Assembly (NCBI GenBank): GCA_013239625.1 | Contig: MU056000.1 | Coordinates: forward strand, 8,490,970-8,554,969 | Length of the DNA stretch: 64,000 bases | Direction of reading: 5' to 3' | From: Lama guanicoe | Taxonomy: Eukaryota | In this document: one piece after another, positions 39,788 through 53,732 of the stretch | How the letters are laid out: the number at the start of each line of letters is the position of its first letter | Numbering within the stretch: position 1 is the stretch's first letter | Translations under genes and position numbers: made by a program | The notes under the pieces: generated by a model | Databases searched by the model: none | Seen by the model: only the letters and a program-made list of their open reading frames with translations | What the model was told of the DNA's origin: nothing

Positions 39788-42029
39788 CTAAGCCAGCAAC
39801 TCCCAAAAGAGAAGAAAAGATACTGATGGAGGATCGAACTTGACTTTCCACTGCTTTATCTAGGCGACTAGTTTGTAGTGTTTGGTTGCAAGCAAATGTC
39901 TTTAGAAAACACTGCGTGTAAGTAGTATTCATGGGAAAATTGCATGTGGTTTGGCAGCACACAAACTCTTCAACTCACCGATATCTACCCGGCCAAAGCT
40001 ACATGTCACCCTGTGAACCAGGAGAGACGAGAAGAATAAAATGTGGGCCTGTCCCCTGGGGGGTTATAACATTATGAGCTACAGATGCAAAAAGACTAAC
40101 AAAAATACAAAAGCCAAAGAAGCTCCCGCTGTCTCAACTAAGAAGGGGCTGAGGAAGGTTCTGGAAGATTAAACATGCAAGGAATGATGACAAGTGCAGT
40201 TGGTCAGGCATGGCGGGGGGGCAGAGGGAGCAAGGATGTTCTTGGAGAGGAGGCTGGACGTGCCTCTGGGACCTGAGTGTCATCCTGAAGGGTCTGGTCT
40301 TTAGTTTTCTCAGCACCAAGTTGTTGAAGGCTTTCGGCAAAGGCTGTGTTTCTCTATATCCACCAAACTCAGCTCAGGATGATAGTTTAGGAGCAACCTG
40401 AGGTGCAGAGAGGAAAGGGGCTGGACACAGATTTGACGAATAGACTACTGTGAAGGAAAAGGGAAGAGATGAGGATGAAATGGAAGTAAAAACCACGAAG
40501 CACAGTTAGGACAGAGGATACGAGGGCGTCAGGGACTGGATCCACAGGGTGAAGTACTGTGTGAGTCAAATATGGTCCCAGATTTACTGACAATGCAGCT
40601 GAAACTGAGCTATGTATAAAACATCTAAAATGTACACTCAGACTGGAATAAACTTGATCTCTATATGAGTTACTTGCACAAGAAACAAAACCAAAATCTC
40701 AGCACTTTAGAGTCAAACCAAAGTGGAAACACGATTATGGGAACCCCTTTAATATTATGTAAGATGGTTTATTCTCAAATTTATCAAATTCCCAAACAAT
40801 CCGTTTATACAGTTGAAATTACAGTGATAAAGCCACGTCCAGTTAGTTGATTTGAGAATGTGCATTTTAAAATGTCCACATCCTTTTTTAGATATCTGTA
40901 CTTAAACATCACCCCCATGATGTCTAAGCCCTACCAACAGCAGGGTTGGATTCCTAAATTCTAAAGTTCACTCTAAACATTAAAAACATATGTGTTTGTA
41001 TTTCAATGTTCTCTACTCTCGTATGATTAATTTAAATTGTCTATAAGAAAACAGATATAGAAATGAGCTCCCCTGTGGAGGAGATTTCTGAAGAGCCCAA
41101 GATAAGGACAAGCCAGCCATATCAAGGTGTGACGTTCCGTCAAGATGTTTGTGAAGGCACGTGCAGCAGATGCAAAGGCACAGGGGCAGGAAAATACTTG
41201 ATCTGAGAGGGAGACGGAGATGCAGGTGTACGTGGGGGACAGCAGTCAGGGCAGCATGCCCTTGCCAGCCACAGAAAAGGGACTCTTCCTGGTGCGTGGA
41301 GTTGCCGGAGAGGATGGTGCACAGAAGAATCCTATGATCCGATTACCCTTTGCCAGTGACTTTATATTTATGTTCTAATGAGCAATGCAAATCTTGTCAT
41401 CTGGACCCAGAATAACATATAATAAAAGCTCTTGACTCATAAGAGTATCTTTAGGGTCAATAAGCATAAGAACTAATATACATGTAAGTATAGGTTAACA
41501 CACTTAGTGTCATATTCAATAAATCTGAGCTAAGCCACAAATGTGCGTATTTAATCACTGACTACCTATGCTGTTCGAGAAAGAACATCATCTCCATCCA
41601 AGGGAAATGACACCAGTCAGCTCTCTTACGTGCTTTGACACAGTACATAAGTGCATAGGAAAAGGAAGAAGACACACTGTAACGGGTTACAGTTTCCACA
41701 TAAACCTTCCGCGTGGGCTCCACAGAAGGCTGCCAAGGCCCTTCTACTCACGGCTAGCACAAGGCCGGAGGGCACAGAACTTTCTGATGGGACACATGTG
41801 GACTCCTGAGGAGCACGTGTTTGCTTGGGGCCCACACCAAGTCTGGGACTCCCTGTGGCTTGCTCTGGGTGGCTGGACTTACAGCCTCAAAGCAACGTGA
41901 CAACGAAATTACAGACACTGTGGCTCAAACCCAGCTACGCACCCTTGTCTAAAGCAGCGTTATACAAGATGTGCTCCTCCTTGTTGCCCACTCTTGTTTC
42001 CCTCGAGTTTTTTTTTCTCTTTTCATGTT

Positions 42030-42250
42030 CCTTTTCATTTTAGGCCATTACAAGGTATTGAATACAGTTCCCTGTGCTACACAGAAGGACCTTGTTGTTC
42101 ATCTATTGTATATGTAGTAGTGTGTATCTACAAATCCCGAACTCCCAATTTATCTCTCGCCATCCACCCTTTGCTCCCTGGTAACCACAGGTTTCTTTTC
42201 TATGTCTGTGTATCTGTCTCTGTTTTGCAAATAAGTTCATTTGTCTCCCT
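42030..42250 (-). mobile_element. L1 3' UTR fragment
   Basis: acagttccctgtgctacacagaaggaccttgttgtt … ggtaaccacagg … ataagttcatttgt. Confidence 0.9.
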
Positions 42251-42389
42251 TCAATTTTAATTAGATCTTCCTTGTTACTAATTTATCCATAAAAGCCTTC
42301 TTAAATGTTTTCTAGAACGAGCCTGGATACTATACAATAATGACATAAACAGGTGGCATGGTTGGTTTTATTGAATACTTCCCTACAAT

Positions 42390-42913
42390 TGTAACAGGGA
42401 AGAAGAAATCTGACTCTGTACTGGATCTGTTTCTTTTACTTTAACCTTTGCATTCTGTGGCTTTTGCTACAAGTTAATCACTAAAGGGGGGTTGGGTTGC
42501 CTATAGCTTGAAGTATATATAATGGCCCATCTCCAGGAACCCTGTCTCCCAAGCCTGAGTGTTAAGCCAAAATATCTTTACTTCAGTTCACAGGACACAT
42601 CTTGACCAGGGACACCTGTAAATGACTGCAGGAAAGAAAAAATTAACACATCCCCTCTGGAGTCTGGCCAGAACCAGGAAATATTTGCAACAACTTAACA
42701 CTTTTTTCACTTTACCTCCTCACCTCCTACTCTTTGCTCTATAAAAGACACTAGCATCCCATCCCAGGCAAGGTGATTCTTTGAGACACTAGTCCACCAT
42801 CTTCTTGATTTGCTGGCTTTCTGAATAAAGTCACTATTCCTTGCCCCAACAACTTGTTCCTCAATTTACTGGCCTGTCGTGCAGTGAGCAGTACTATCTT
42901 GGACTCAGTAACA
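42390..42913 (+). mobile_element. ERV1 solo LTR, MER41-like
   Basis: TGTAAC…GTAACA termini and 4-bp TSD caat/cgat. TATA (tataaaa) at ~42740, AATAAA at 42824, and an attccttgccccaac…tggcctgtcgtgc U5. Confidence 0.8.
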
Positions 42914-45786
42914 CGATGACGTCAACGCAGGTGCCCACAAAGTAATCCCCACAACCCTACAGGCAGTTAAATACACAGTTGACAGAAGTGGAGTGAGGGG
43001 ACTGACACTTGTGTGATAGTGAAAACCTGAAGTGTTTGTTGAGAGAATAAACCCAGAGTCGCAAGTGTAAGGTTTCAATATAAAAAATAAAATATCAAAA
43101 TGTGTCCTATATTTTTCTCATCTTCCCTACTAGAAGGCCTCTACAGGAATTCTGTACCCAGTTTCTTGATCTATTTAGCATGGATGCCTGTTCTTAGCGT
43201 CAAAGCATTAATTACGCTGTGCCTGTCCCCTCTTCTTGCTGCCAACTTAATCAAATAACAATAAAAGAAAAACAGCAGAGCAGCAACAGTAACAATGGCT
43301 GATACTCCAGCAAGCTTAGTTGCATACGCTGTCCTCTGGGTTAAATGCTTTACAAGCACTGCCTTGTTTATTTGAAACGCTTAATGAAGCAGACTCAGTG
43401 ATGGTCTCCGTTTCACAGTTAAGACTTGAGTGTCTCCAAGGTTACAAAGCTAATCGGTGTTGGAATCCAGCCTGACCCCAGACCCACACTCTGGACCCCT
43501 GCAAGAGCATCTCCCTTAGGACTGTCTGCTCAGACACAGCCCAAGCTCCACACCGGTATGGAATCTTCACATTTCTTTAGCACAGATGTCTCCTCCCTCA
43601 AGTAACTGAAGCAGCTCAATTCTGTGCCATAGGTATTATACTTCACCCACGGGGCGGGGTACTATGTAGTTCACACTATCTCTGCATGAGTTAAGTCCCA
43701 CATGTGTATCTTCCTACAGCTACAAGTCCGGAAAAACAAAAGAGAAAAAGATGTACCAAACAACAATGACAATAATAATCAACACATCTTTCCATCAGTC
43801 ATCAGATCCAGTGACCATTCATGGAATTATTACAGGAAGAATAAATTACCAGTTCCCAGAAGAAATCAAGTTCTCACACGACCTGGCCCCCTCCACATCT
43901 CTCCACAGACCTGGAGGGTGTCCACTGGTTCCCATTCTGCTTCTCACTGGCCTTCTTTCAATTCACAGAAAGGTCCATGCATTTTCTTGCCCCAGGGTCT
44001 TTGCACATGCTCTCCCCCAGAAGTCTCTATCTCCCACTCTTACCCTTGATAACTACTGCTCATTCTGCAGACGCACCTATATGTCTGTTCCTTAAGTGGG
44101 CCTCATACAACAACAGCCTTTGTCCAATATTCTCTCTCCCAGCATCCTGCTTTTTTCCCCACTTTGCCTTTACCTCAGCAGCAAACCTGCCTCCCCTTAA
44201 GAGCAAACACCATGAGGGCAGATGATATAACTATTTTGTATTAAATACTCTGTCCTCAATATCTTCCCTTACCACAGTATAAGCACAATGTAGTTACTAC
44301 CAGAAACAGACAGGCAGATTCTCCCCAAGTCTTTTATTTGCCATCTATGCAAGGAATTATCACAATAAGAAAAAAAATAAGTGTAGTTTAAATTGTACCT
44401 CTTTATTTATGCAGAAGTCAATCATGCACTGGTTCATCTTATGAATCAAAATCAATCAGGTTAAATCTCGAAACTTTTTCTAACTCAACTGGTTTATGCT
44501 ATGATAAAAAAATGTAAAAACTCAACAACTTTGTTGGACAGTAAATTTGAGGTGCAGCTTCATTCAGAAGCTGGACTCCGCTTTATACCTCCTGGGTTTC
44601 TTCTAATCTGCTAGGAAATGCCCGAGGAACAGTGGTTCTCTCAGTATTTCAGCATCTCCGCTTCAACTTCCCACGAAAACAGAAACTGCAGAAGTACTGA
44701 GAATGAAACAAATTGCTACTTCTTGCAACCAATTCTGGCTGTAAAGCTTATTTTTTAAGCAGTGTTCTTACTCTACTGTATTTGCTCACTCACACTGGCA
44801 TTAACCAGCGAGTGATTTCATTAAGTATTCTACAGTACTGGGGTGCTTCTGAATCCTTACCGAATATGAATGCATAGATGGTGTATTCGTAATAATACAC
44901 AATTTTTTTTTAAACAGGGATGCTTTGTAAGCAAGGTTTACTGGCTATAAAAATGTTTTCATCTAATGTTCGATTCTTCTGTTGAGAAGCATTATATATT
45001 CTAAACCAAACAGCACTCACACTTCCTTCTCTGCAACTGCTTTCTGCAGATTTACTAATGTTTCAACCGCTCGTCAATCATATAATTTCCTTCACTGGGC
45101 AATTCCATTCTCAGCGAATTTGAGAGAACGGCTGTGAATGCTATTGTTTTAAAAATAACATTCTGTAGCATTTCAAAAGACACATGATCAGTAATCAGTT
45201 TAACAATTCTTTTTCAGAACTAAGTACTTTTAAGGTCATCTGTAAATGTTACCGTTTTAGAATTTAAATTGGATTTCTGGTAATTATATACAAAATTCTA
45301 TGATGTACATAAGGTGTGCTCCGTTTACACAGTACGAAAAAGTAGAAAGCATACATAACTTTACTGCTTGTAACAGTTACATCCTATGGAAGCCAGAGGT
45401 CAGTTGGTTGTTTTTTATTTATTTTAACAAGTGCTATGGTTTACCTAATAACACATTTATAAAGAAGCTAACCAGGTAATTTAGATATCAATTAAATTTT
45501 TAATTTGGTTTAGTTCAAGCAGTAACCTCACCTACGGTGATGTGACATTTAAATATAATAGTTCTTGAAGAAGACTGGCAAATCCCATTAATCCAAGATT
45601 TCATGTAAAACATTACATCCCCGTAAGTATTGTAAATATGGAGCACAGCACAAAGACTGCCTAAATTTTCCTGTAAAAGTAGACTTTCTCTCTCAATAAA
45701 ACGTAAGTTTTTTTTTACTGATAAAGTTTAAAGACAGTGTCTTCAGAAATTTCTTCACTGCAAATCACAATCTAAATAGCATTGTT

Positions 45787-46215
45787 TGAAATACTACTCA
45801 GCCATAAAAAATAATCTAATAATGCCATTTGCAGCAACATGGATGGACCTGGAGATTGTCATTCTAAGTGAAGTAAGCCAGAAAGAGAAAGAAAAATATC
45901 ATATTATCATATCATATCACTTATAAGTAGAATCTTAAAAAAAAAAAAGGACACAAATGAACTTATCTACAAAACAGAAACAGACTCACAGATATAGAGA
46001 ACAAATTTATAGTTACCAGGGGGTAAAGGGGGTGGGAAAGGATAAACTGGGAGCTTGAAATTTGTACCTCTTGGGAAGTGATGGAAACGTTAGCTATCTT
46101 GATCGTGGTAGTGGTTTCACTGGTGTCTACATGAATCAAAATTTATGAAAGTGTACATCTGAAATCTGTGTAGTTTACAGGTATCATACCATAATAAAGG
46201 TGTTTAAAAAAAAGT
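45787..46215 (+). mobile_element. L1 3' region; younger part joined to an older L1M-type 3' end
   Basis: 45787-46065 resembles 40-310. From ~46070 it has an L1MC/MD-like end (gtgatggaaacgtt…tatcttgatcgtggtagtggtt…aataaag). Confidence 0.8.
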
Positions 46216-48352
46216 TTTAATGAATTATCTTCTAATCCTAAAAAGCTGACATTCTGAAGAGTTACTAAAAATAAAAGAATCATATTCCTGCTACTTCATG
46301 TTCTTTCTCACTCCCCACCCTTCTGCCCAAAAGGAGTCTTCATTTTATCATAATTATTGGAAGTGTTCCTTGGTTACACTTCAATCCATTCCCTTTGACA
46401 AGGCCAACTCTCCAATTTTTAGTCTCCTTAGTGGTTCTGAAACTCCTTTATATTTATTATCAGTCCATTTTTTAATACACAGAAGGTGATAAAAACAAGG
46501 CTGTTAAATTGAATATCAAAATTGAATACAAATGAAGTAGAGCGAATATCATTTGAAGACACAGGCCAAAAAAAAAAAAGTCTTCTCTATCCCATTCATA
46601 AGAAAAATTCGGGCTAAAATATGAAGACTAGTTAGACGTCAAGGCTCAGTTGTGCAACTCAGACATGATATGGAAGCTCTGTATTGTCCACCACTTCCGA
46701 TTTTAGCAATGCAACCTGATTCTATCTATTTTCACATTTCTTCTTTAACCCTGAAACTGACAAAAAAAAAAGTTCACATGTTTAAAATGTATCTTTCTAA
46801 TGAAGTTGAACACTTTCTCTTAAAAAGAATAGATTATATATTGATGTCCAGGCACATTCTTCATGGTACCCAGCACACTGTTAGGCAAATAAATATTCAA
46901 TAATAAAACAGTTGATTGCCAAACACTTGATGTTTCTTAGCCTAAATGGTATATCCTGGAAAATATTCTCTTTCAGAGCCTGAGAGCTGTCGATCTCAAA
47001 GGATTTTACTCAATGGGAATAAATCAAATTAGGGAGCCAGACCTATCACAGCAGGATCTCAAGCACAATGGCCTTCCTAGCTTCCAAACCAATTATTTTT
47101 CATGGTAAAAGCACTACATGGAAGGATACTACCATTGACAGTGGAATTATTAAAAACTTCCAGCAGTAAATTCAATTATAAGGACAATAGGCGCTTGTGA
47201 ATGTGTCACAGGGCGAAGCAGGAGGGAGGGAAGCTCTTTCTTTCTAGTGCTGATTTTTTATGAAAATAATAAAATCTGAGCACTGGAAGCTCAACTTAAC
47301 AACTGCTCTGATTTTTGGCCTCCTTAATGGTTCTGAAACTCCTTTATAAATATCGTCAGTCCATTTTTTAAAACTTAGAAGGTGATACATACAAGGCTGA
47401 TACTAAATTGAACATCAAAGAGCTAGAAGCACATAATCAGCATAAAATTGTTATCACCATCCATACTTCGCTTCTTCCATCAAAGCACCACTTCCGTCCA
47501 AACTAAATCTGAGAATATTATAATCACATCTCTGATGGCAACATGTTATATAGAAGATAACACACAATGAACGATAGTTTTGATTTACAGTTGTCTGGGA
47601 CAAAAGATGGTTTTACACTTCCAAATTCTAGAATTCCCTCCAACATTCTCTAAGAAACACGAATGATGATTATCTGAGATCACAGAAGTACACCGAGGGC
47701 TAACCCACTTATCTAAGGTCTAACGTGTGGTCCACATAGATCAGAACTCTGATTTCTTTCCATAGTTTGCGTCTTCTGCATTGGTTTATCATAACAGGAT
47801 CATAAATACTGGCTATTTTTTATTGCACTGCTCAGGTCAGCATTTCCACCTCTTAGTTATTCCTTGACTTGATTTGCCTTCATGAATCACAGGAAGACAT
47901 TCCTCCCAAATGAAGGGTATGGCCCCAAGAGCTGATGCCACCACCAAGGGCCTTTGTTGACATTCAGCTCAGGAAAGAAAGATTTAGTCCACAGAAGCAA
48001 ACAGTCATTTAATTTTAAAGTCAGACAAGTGATGCTGCTCTTCTTTACAATGTCTACTGTAGTCATATGGTAGAAACCATCACTGCGCTACCAAGAAATG
48101 GAGTGCAGCCATGGTGAACACAGGCAGAGCACTGGACTTTTGGATATTACAAGTCCTCTAAATATGATTCATAGGAAACAAATACGTCAATCTTATAACC
48201 AGGAAAAGTTGAAAGTTTATCTAAAAGTGCATTTTTTCTTCCCTGCAAAGAGAGCTCAGCTTACAGGACTCAGCCCCTACTTGGCTGTCTGGCAGACCTG
48301 GCACTGGCGCTCGGGCCCTTTCCTAGATCCACCATGCACCCACACGGTCTTC

Positions 48353-48572
48353 AGCAGTTTCTCAACTATGGGACTACTAACCTCGTGGTCAGATAACGCC
48401 TTGCTGTGGGGTTGGGGGCCCTCCTGTGCACTGAAGGATGTTAACAGCATCCCTTGACTTTATCAACTAGATGCCAGTGGCTCCACCCCACCTGCCCTAG
48501 TTGTGACAAACATTTCCAGTCAGTGCCAAGTGTCCCCTGTGGGCAAAATCATCCCCAGATGAGAATCACTAA
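48353..48572. mobile_element. MER20 hAT-Charlie MITE
   Basis: cagtttctcaac … aggatgttaacagcatccc … actagatgccagt … gagaatcact. Confidence 0.85.
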
Positions 48573-48984
48573 CCTGCCCTGTCCCAGTTGTTGTTGATAA
48601 TCTGTAAAATGGGCTAATATGACGTGAAGAGAAGCATGTTCACAAAGGCTTCTCTCAGGATGAATATTCTATTGCTCTGAAGTCCCTTTTTTTTTTTTTT
48701 TTTGGTAGCCCATCTGTGACTGGGAGGCGAGTTAAGGGGCCTGAGATGGGAAGAATTCTCTGGTTTAAGAAAGGAGGGAAATTTACCAATAACTCCAGAG
48801 AGAAAGAGAGACAGAGGGGTTATACTCATCCACTTCTTCAGCCTCTGATAAAGTGAATAAACTCCTGCTATGACTGAGATAAACAGCTACTAACAGGGAC
48901 AAGAGTCGAGGCAGATGTTTACTTCCAGGTGGAAGCACCACGGGAGGCAAGGCGCCAGCGCTCGGAGATGTCTGCGCCCTGATC

Positions 48985-49438
48985 CCTGCCGCCGGTGAAT
49001 GTTTTCTGTCACATGCAAAATGCAGTTAAGGTTGCAGGTAGGACTGTGGTTGCTAATCAGCTGACCTTTAAACAGAGAGAGTATCCTGGACTATTCCAGT
49101 GAACTCACAAGGGTCCTAAAAAGTGAACAAAGGAGGCAGAAGAGGAGGCTGAGGGGATGTCACATGAGAAGGACTCCCCCTCCCGTTGCTGGACTTGAAG
49201 CTGGAGGAAGAGGCTACAAGCCAGAGAATGCAGGCGGCCCCCAGAAGCCAGAGAGGCAAGAAACTGTCTCCCCTAGAGCCTCCAAGAGGAACGCAGCACT
49301 ACTGACACCTTGATCTTAGCTTAGCCCAGTGAGACCCAGACCACACATCTAAGCCAAGAACTGCCAGAGAAGAGATGTGTTGCTTTAAGCCACTCAAGTT
49401 CCAGCAACCTGTTACAGCATCGACAGCAAGCTGCTACA
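48985..49438 (+). mobile_element. MLT1D-like LTR
   Basis: ttgctaatcagctgaccttta, aagccagagaatgcaggcggcc, cccctagagcctcca-like motif, gcccagtgagaccc. Confidence 0.85.
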
Positions 49439-51774
49439 GTCAGCCCCAAGCCACCGAGCCTGCGGGGACGCAGCCCTCGGCTCCGGGGAAGCCTTAGCAA
49501 GTCAACCAGCGGGAATGTTCAGTGGAAGGTGACCACATCTCAACAGCATGGGCCACAGTTAATCACCTGTGACAACCAGGAGGCCCGAGCTGACGTCTGG
49601 GATACAGGAAACGAGAAAAAGAAGCCCGACTCAGAGATGCATGGGGAGAATTTAGGGACATTTTGTACATAAGGTGTGCAGTACAGTGCCTGGCATGCTC
49701 TAAGTGCTCAATAAATGTTTACCATGGATATTCGACTGCACTTGCCCTTTGGACAGATGGAAATGCTTTGGCCACAAAGGGATCATCTTTCCTGGGCCAG
49801 CCTGGTACCAAGCTACACTTCTGCTCATGCAAAATGCTCAGGGAGAGAGAGAGAGAGCACATGCCACCAGGCCTCTCTCCAATCCCTCAGAGTGATCAAT
49901 AACTGCATGCTTTTCTGTGCGGTCCCGATCCATACATGATTCCAGTCATCATGAACTCACTCCAAGTTGTTGCCTCCCTGACACCTTATCGGGAGCAGCA
50001 GATAAGCAGTAACCATTTTCCTGGCTATCCGCGAGCACCTCTATCATTGTGACAGACGCTTGATGTGGCATTCTATTTTCCCTGCCCAGCCTTGCTTTAT
50101 ATCACAAGCTTGCATGTCATTGAGATTCAAGCTCGCATCTGAACGCCTTCTAGACTGTCAAGGCATAATGACCTTGCCGAGAATGTCCAGCTGGTTAACT
50201 GATGCCAAATATCTGGTGAAGCCAGGGATAGTTTCAGCAAATGAAGTTACACCAGAGAAGCAGGCACTTTGAGAGGCTGCAGTGATAATTTTAGTCATGT
50301 TGATCCTAGCCAGGAAAACTGCCCCTTCGCTCAGACTCTGTACTGATTTCAGAAAGAAACGTCCACTAATTATTTGAGGCAAGAAATAATTGCTGTTTCT
50401 GTTTTTATTTGGGAGGAGAAAATACAGAATCACAGAAGACATTACAGACGAAGAGGAACATCTCAGATTACTATAATCAGCCAATCGGAACTTTAATGAT
50501 TGTTTAAGATTTTCTCTCTCCTCCTCCATAGAGATAGCAGTTCTGTTCCAGCAATGGGATGCTCTGTTGCACCAGCAGGAAACTTAGAGGTTACTGTTCA
50601 AGAGATGAAGAGTCATCACTTTTAGAATTATTGTGTATTAGAGCTGAGAGTAACTTGAAAGACCAATCACTTTTACCCTCGGTGACAGACGGGGAGAGTC
50701 CTCATTTACTCACTCATTTAACAATAATATCTATGCTCTATAAGGCCTGTACAGATCTCGAATGGTCAAACTCGGACCCCTGCATCACTCAGCAAATCAG
50801 TGGCAGAGTCGTGATCCTAAGCCAGAACAATCAATATGCCTATTAAAATGCCAACTTACATTGTAACCAAGGAAAATACTCTGCTATTCACAAATTGTAA
50901 GAATATATTAAAAACAGAAGTAGAATCTACACAGAGCTGGAGATATAAACTTTCTTCTTTTTTCATGTCATAGGCAGGGCCTCAGTGTCACTTTTGATCA
51001 TCCAAGAGAAAGCAGCCATGCAGAAGGAGGGACAGCAGGCACAGAGTCCCAGTGTGGGGACTGGCTGTGACATGGATGACCACGTGTGACCTCTGGCAAG
51101 TCGCTCCCCCATTCTTATCCTCATCCTTCTCACTGACATTATAGATAGATTTTCCATGCCCACAGGGTCCCTGGATAGTTTCACTGGGTTTTTATATTTT
51201 CAAACTCTGATAGCTTCACATTTATGAGCAATGATTAGGATGAACCTCCATTTTAGTCAGTTTTCACCGTAAAATGGAAAGTGTATCCTATGATTCATGT
51301 CAAGACCTCCCATGCTGTTCTGTGCACCATCACAGAAAACTGGGTTCCAGGCAGAGAGAGGATGCTGGTATAAACCCTAACAAATAAACAAAGGCTCGAG
51401 GCCAAGCGCAGGCGCAGCCACGGTGAGATGGGATGCCTGCGTGGCAGGTGCTCCTGGGCCCCCTCACAGCCACTCTCCCTGCAGGGCTGCACACTGACCA
51501 CAACTAAGATGTGGGGCTGGACTCCACGTCAGGACAGCCTTCATGTGTTCCTGTGTGATCTGATTTTGGTGTGAATTCCCACCTCAGGGCAGTCACACAC
51601 AGGAACCGTTAACATTAGGACAGAGGACCAGTTCAAGTGAGGGAGGAAACCCATATAAACTGAAAAGATCAAACTAATAGGGCCTTTGATGTTAAATAAC
51701 TGGAGAGTCAGAGTCAAGAAGCCCATGGAGTCCATCTGTTCTTTGAAAGCATCCAATTCAAGAACGACAACTAC

Positions 51775-52592
51775 AAAAATGGGGAAAAAGACATGAATAG
51801 GCATTTATCCAAAGAAGACATACAAATGGCCAATAAGCACAAGAAAAGATGCTCAAACTTCATGAGTCATCAGGGAAATGCAAATTAAAGCCACAGAGAG
51901 ATACAGCTTCACATCCATTAGGATGGCTACAATTTTTTTCAATGGAAAATAAGTGTTGGAGAGAATGTCAAGAAATGTTACCCCTCATGAAATACTGGTG
52001 GGAACGTAAAATGGTGTGACTACCATGGAAAACACAGAGCAGTTCCTCCAAAAGAAACAGAACTGCCAAATGATCCAGCAATTCCACACCCAGTACAGAC
52101 CCAAAGGACCCGAAGGAAAGGACTTCCTCACAGAGATTTACCCCCGTGTCACAGCAACATCATTCACAACAGCCAAAAGGTGCCAACAGCCCAAGTGTCC
52201 ATCAACAGACGAATGAATAAACAAAATACAGTCTATACATGTAAAGGAATATTCAGCTATACACATCATGCTACGGACACAAAAGGACAGACGCTGTATG
52301 ATTCCACTTGCAGACTGACTGTGCCTAGAATAGCCAAGTTCACAGAGACAGGAAGTAGGATGGCTGCTGGTGGCAGGGCCGGTTGGGGGAGGCAGGGGAT
52401 GCGGATGATTGTTTCACAGGTACAGGACTTCTCTTCAGAAGGAAGAAAAAGTTCTGAAAACAGATAGCGCTCATAGTCCTACAACACTGCGAATGGACAG
52501 AATGCCATTTTAACTGCAGATTTTAAAATAGTTTAAAAGGTAGATTTTTATATTATATATGTGTGGCCACAATAGAAAAGTATTTTTTAAAA
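51775..52592 (+). mobile_element. Older L1 (L1MB-like) 3' portion
   Basis: aaagaagacatacaaatggccaataagcac…aaaagatgctca, cccaagtgtccatcaacag and an L1MB-type 3' UTR. Confidence 0.9.
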
Positions 52593-52987
52593 GGCTTTTG
52601 CTCAAGAGGTGCACCACAGGGTGAAGAGACAAAGCAATCCGGGCCAGCTGCAAGCATATTCTTTTTTCTAGTGCTGAAATAGAGATACTGAGGTATTAGA
52701 AACAAAATGAGAAACAAATTAGGAAATAGGCTACATAGTCAAATTCCTTTGACACAGCAGTTAATCGGCATTAAGTATCTCAGGATGCCGGGACTTGGGG
52801 ATCGCTGGGGAGACCTTGCCGGGGCCTGAGACCACCTGGCAGGTGCTCACAGGCAGAACGACTGTGAGTGGAAAAGAGGTCATGGTCGAGTTCACCACAA
52901 CTATCATGACAGCCCCGGTGAGAAAGTCAGAGAGGAAAGTGTGGAGCTGCTGGTGGGTTGGGTCCAGTAAAAGCCTCCTTTGATCAA

Positions 52988-53190
52988 CATCGCGGTTCTC
53001 ATCCACGGGTGATCCCTCAGCCCGACCCCCGGGAGACACTTGGCAATCTCGAGAGGCATGGCTGTGATCACTGGGGGGTGGGTACTACTGGCATCTGGTG
53101 CGCAGAGGCCAGGGACATCGCTAAACATCCCACCGCGCACAGGACGGCTCTTCACACCCGAGAGCTATCCAGCCCGGAACGCCACTGGGG
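52988..53190. mobile_element. MER20 MITE
   Basis: ggttctca … gacacttggcaat … ctactggcatct…gaggccaggga…ctaaacatcc. Confidence 0.8.
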
Positions 53191-53732
53191 CTTAGTGGGG
53201 ACACACGGCTCCGTGAGAAAGCTGGCCCCGCTCGGTGACCAGTCCAGCTGTTAAAGTGGAAAGACAGTGACACTGGAGATGTGGAGGCAGAGGTACCTGC
53301 AGACCCAGGTCCGCTAAGCGCGAACATGCTTTTGTAAAGTTCCCTGACTTCCGTAAATTCATGACAAAGAAAGCTGCCTGAGCTCGATTCCTTGTAAAAA
53401 AACAAGGTGCTGAAACCACCTCAAGTGCTAGGCTGGCTTTGGCAGGACAGACCAAAAAACCCGGTCATCCCTGCCTCTCTGAGGAGCAGGGGACGCTTCC
53501 CTGCCTGTGCGCCCCTACCCCTCCCCTGACTCCATTTGGTCGTGGAGAGCCGGACCCAGGACATGCTGGGGAAAGACCAGGCAGGAAAATGGAAGCTGGG
53601 GCCAGGGGGGGAACTCGCACAAATTCCAAATCAGGGACAGAGGTCACATTTACGACTGCCATATCAAGCCATCGACTTGTGGAAAACCAACCTTTGGTCT
53701 AGACGCAGGAATGAGGTTTCCATTTAAGCCAC

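Noticed and set aside
50158..50529. 123-aa minus-strand ORF (MEEERENLKQ…)
   Set aside because: No recognisable homology or supporting splice signals; within chance expectation.
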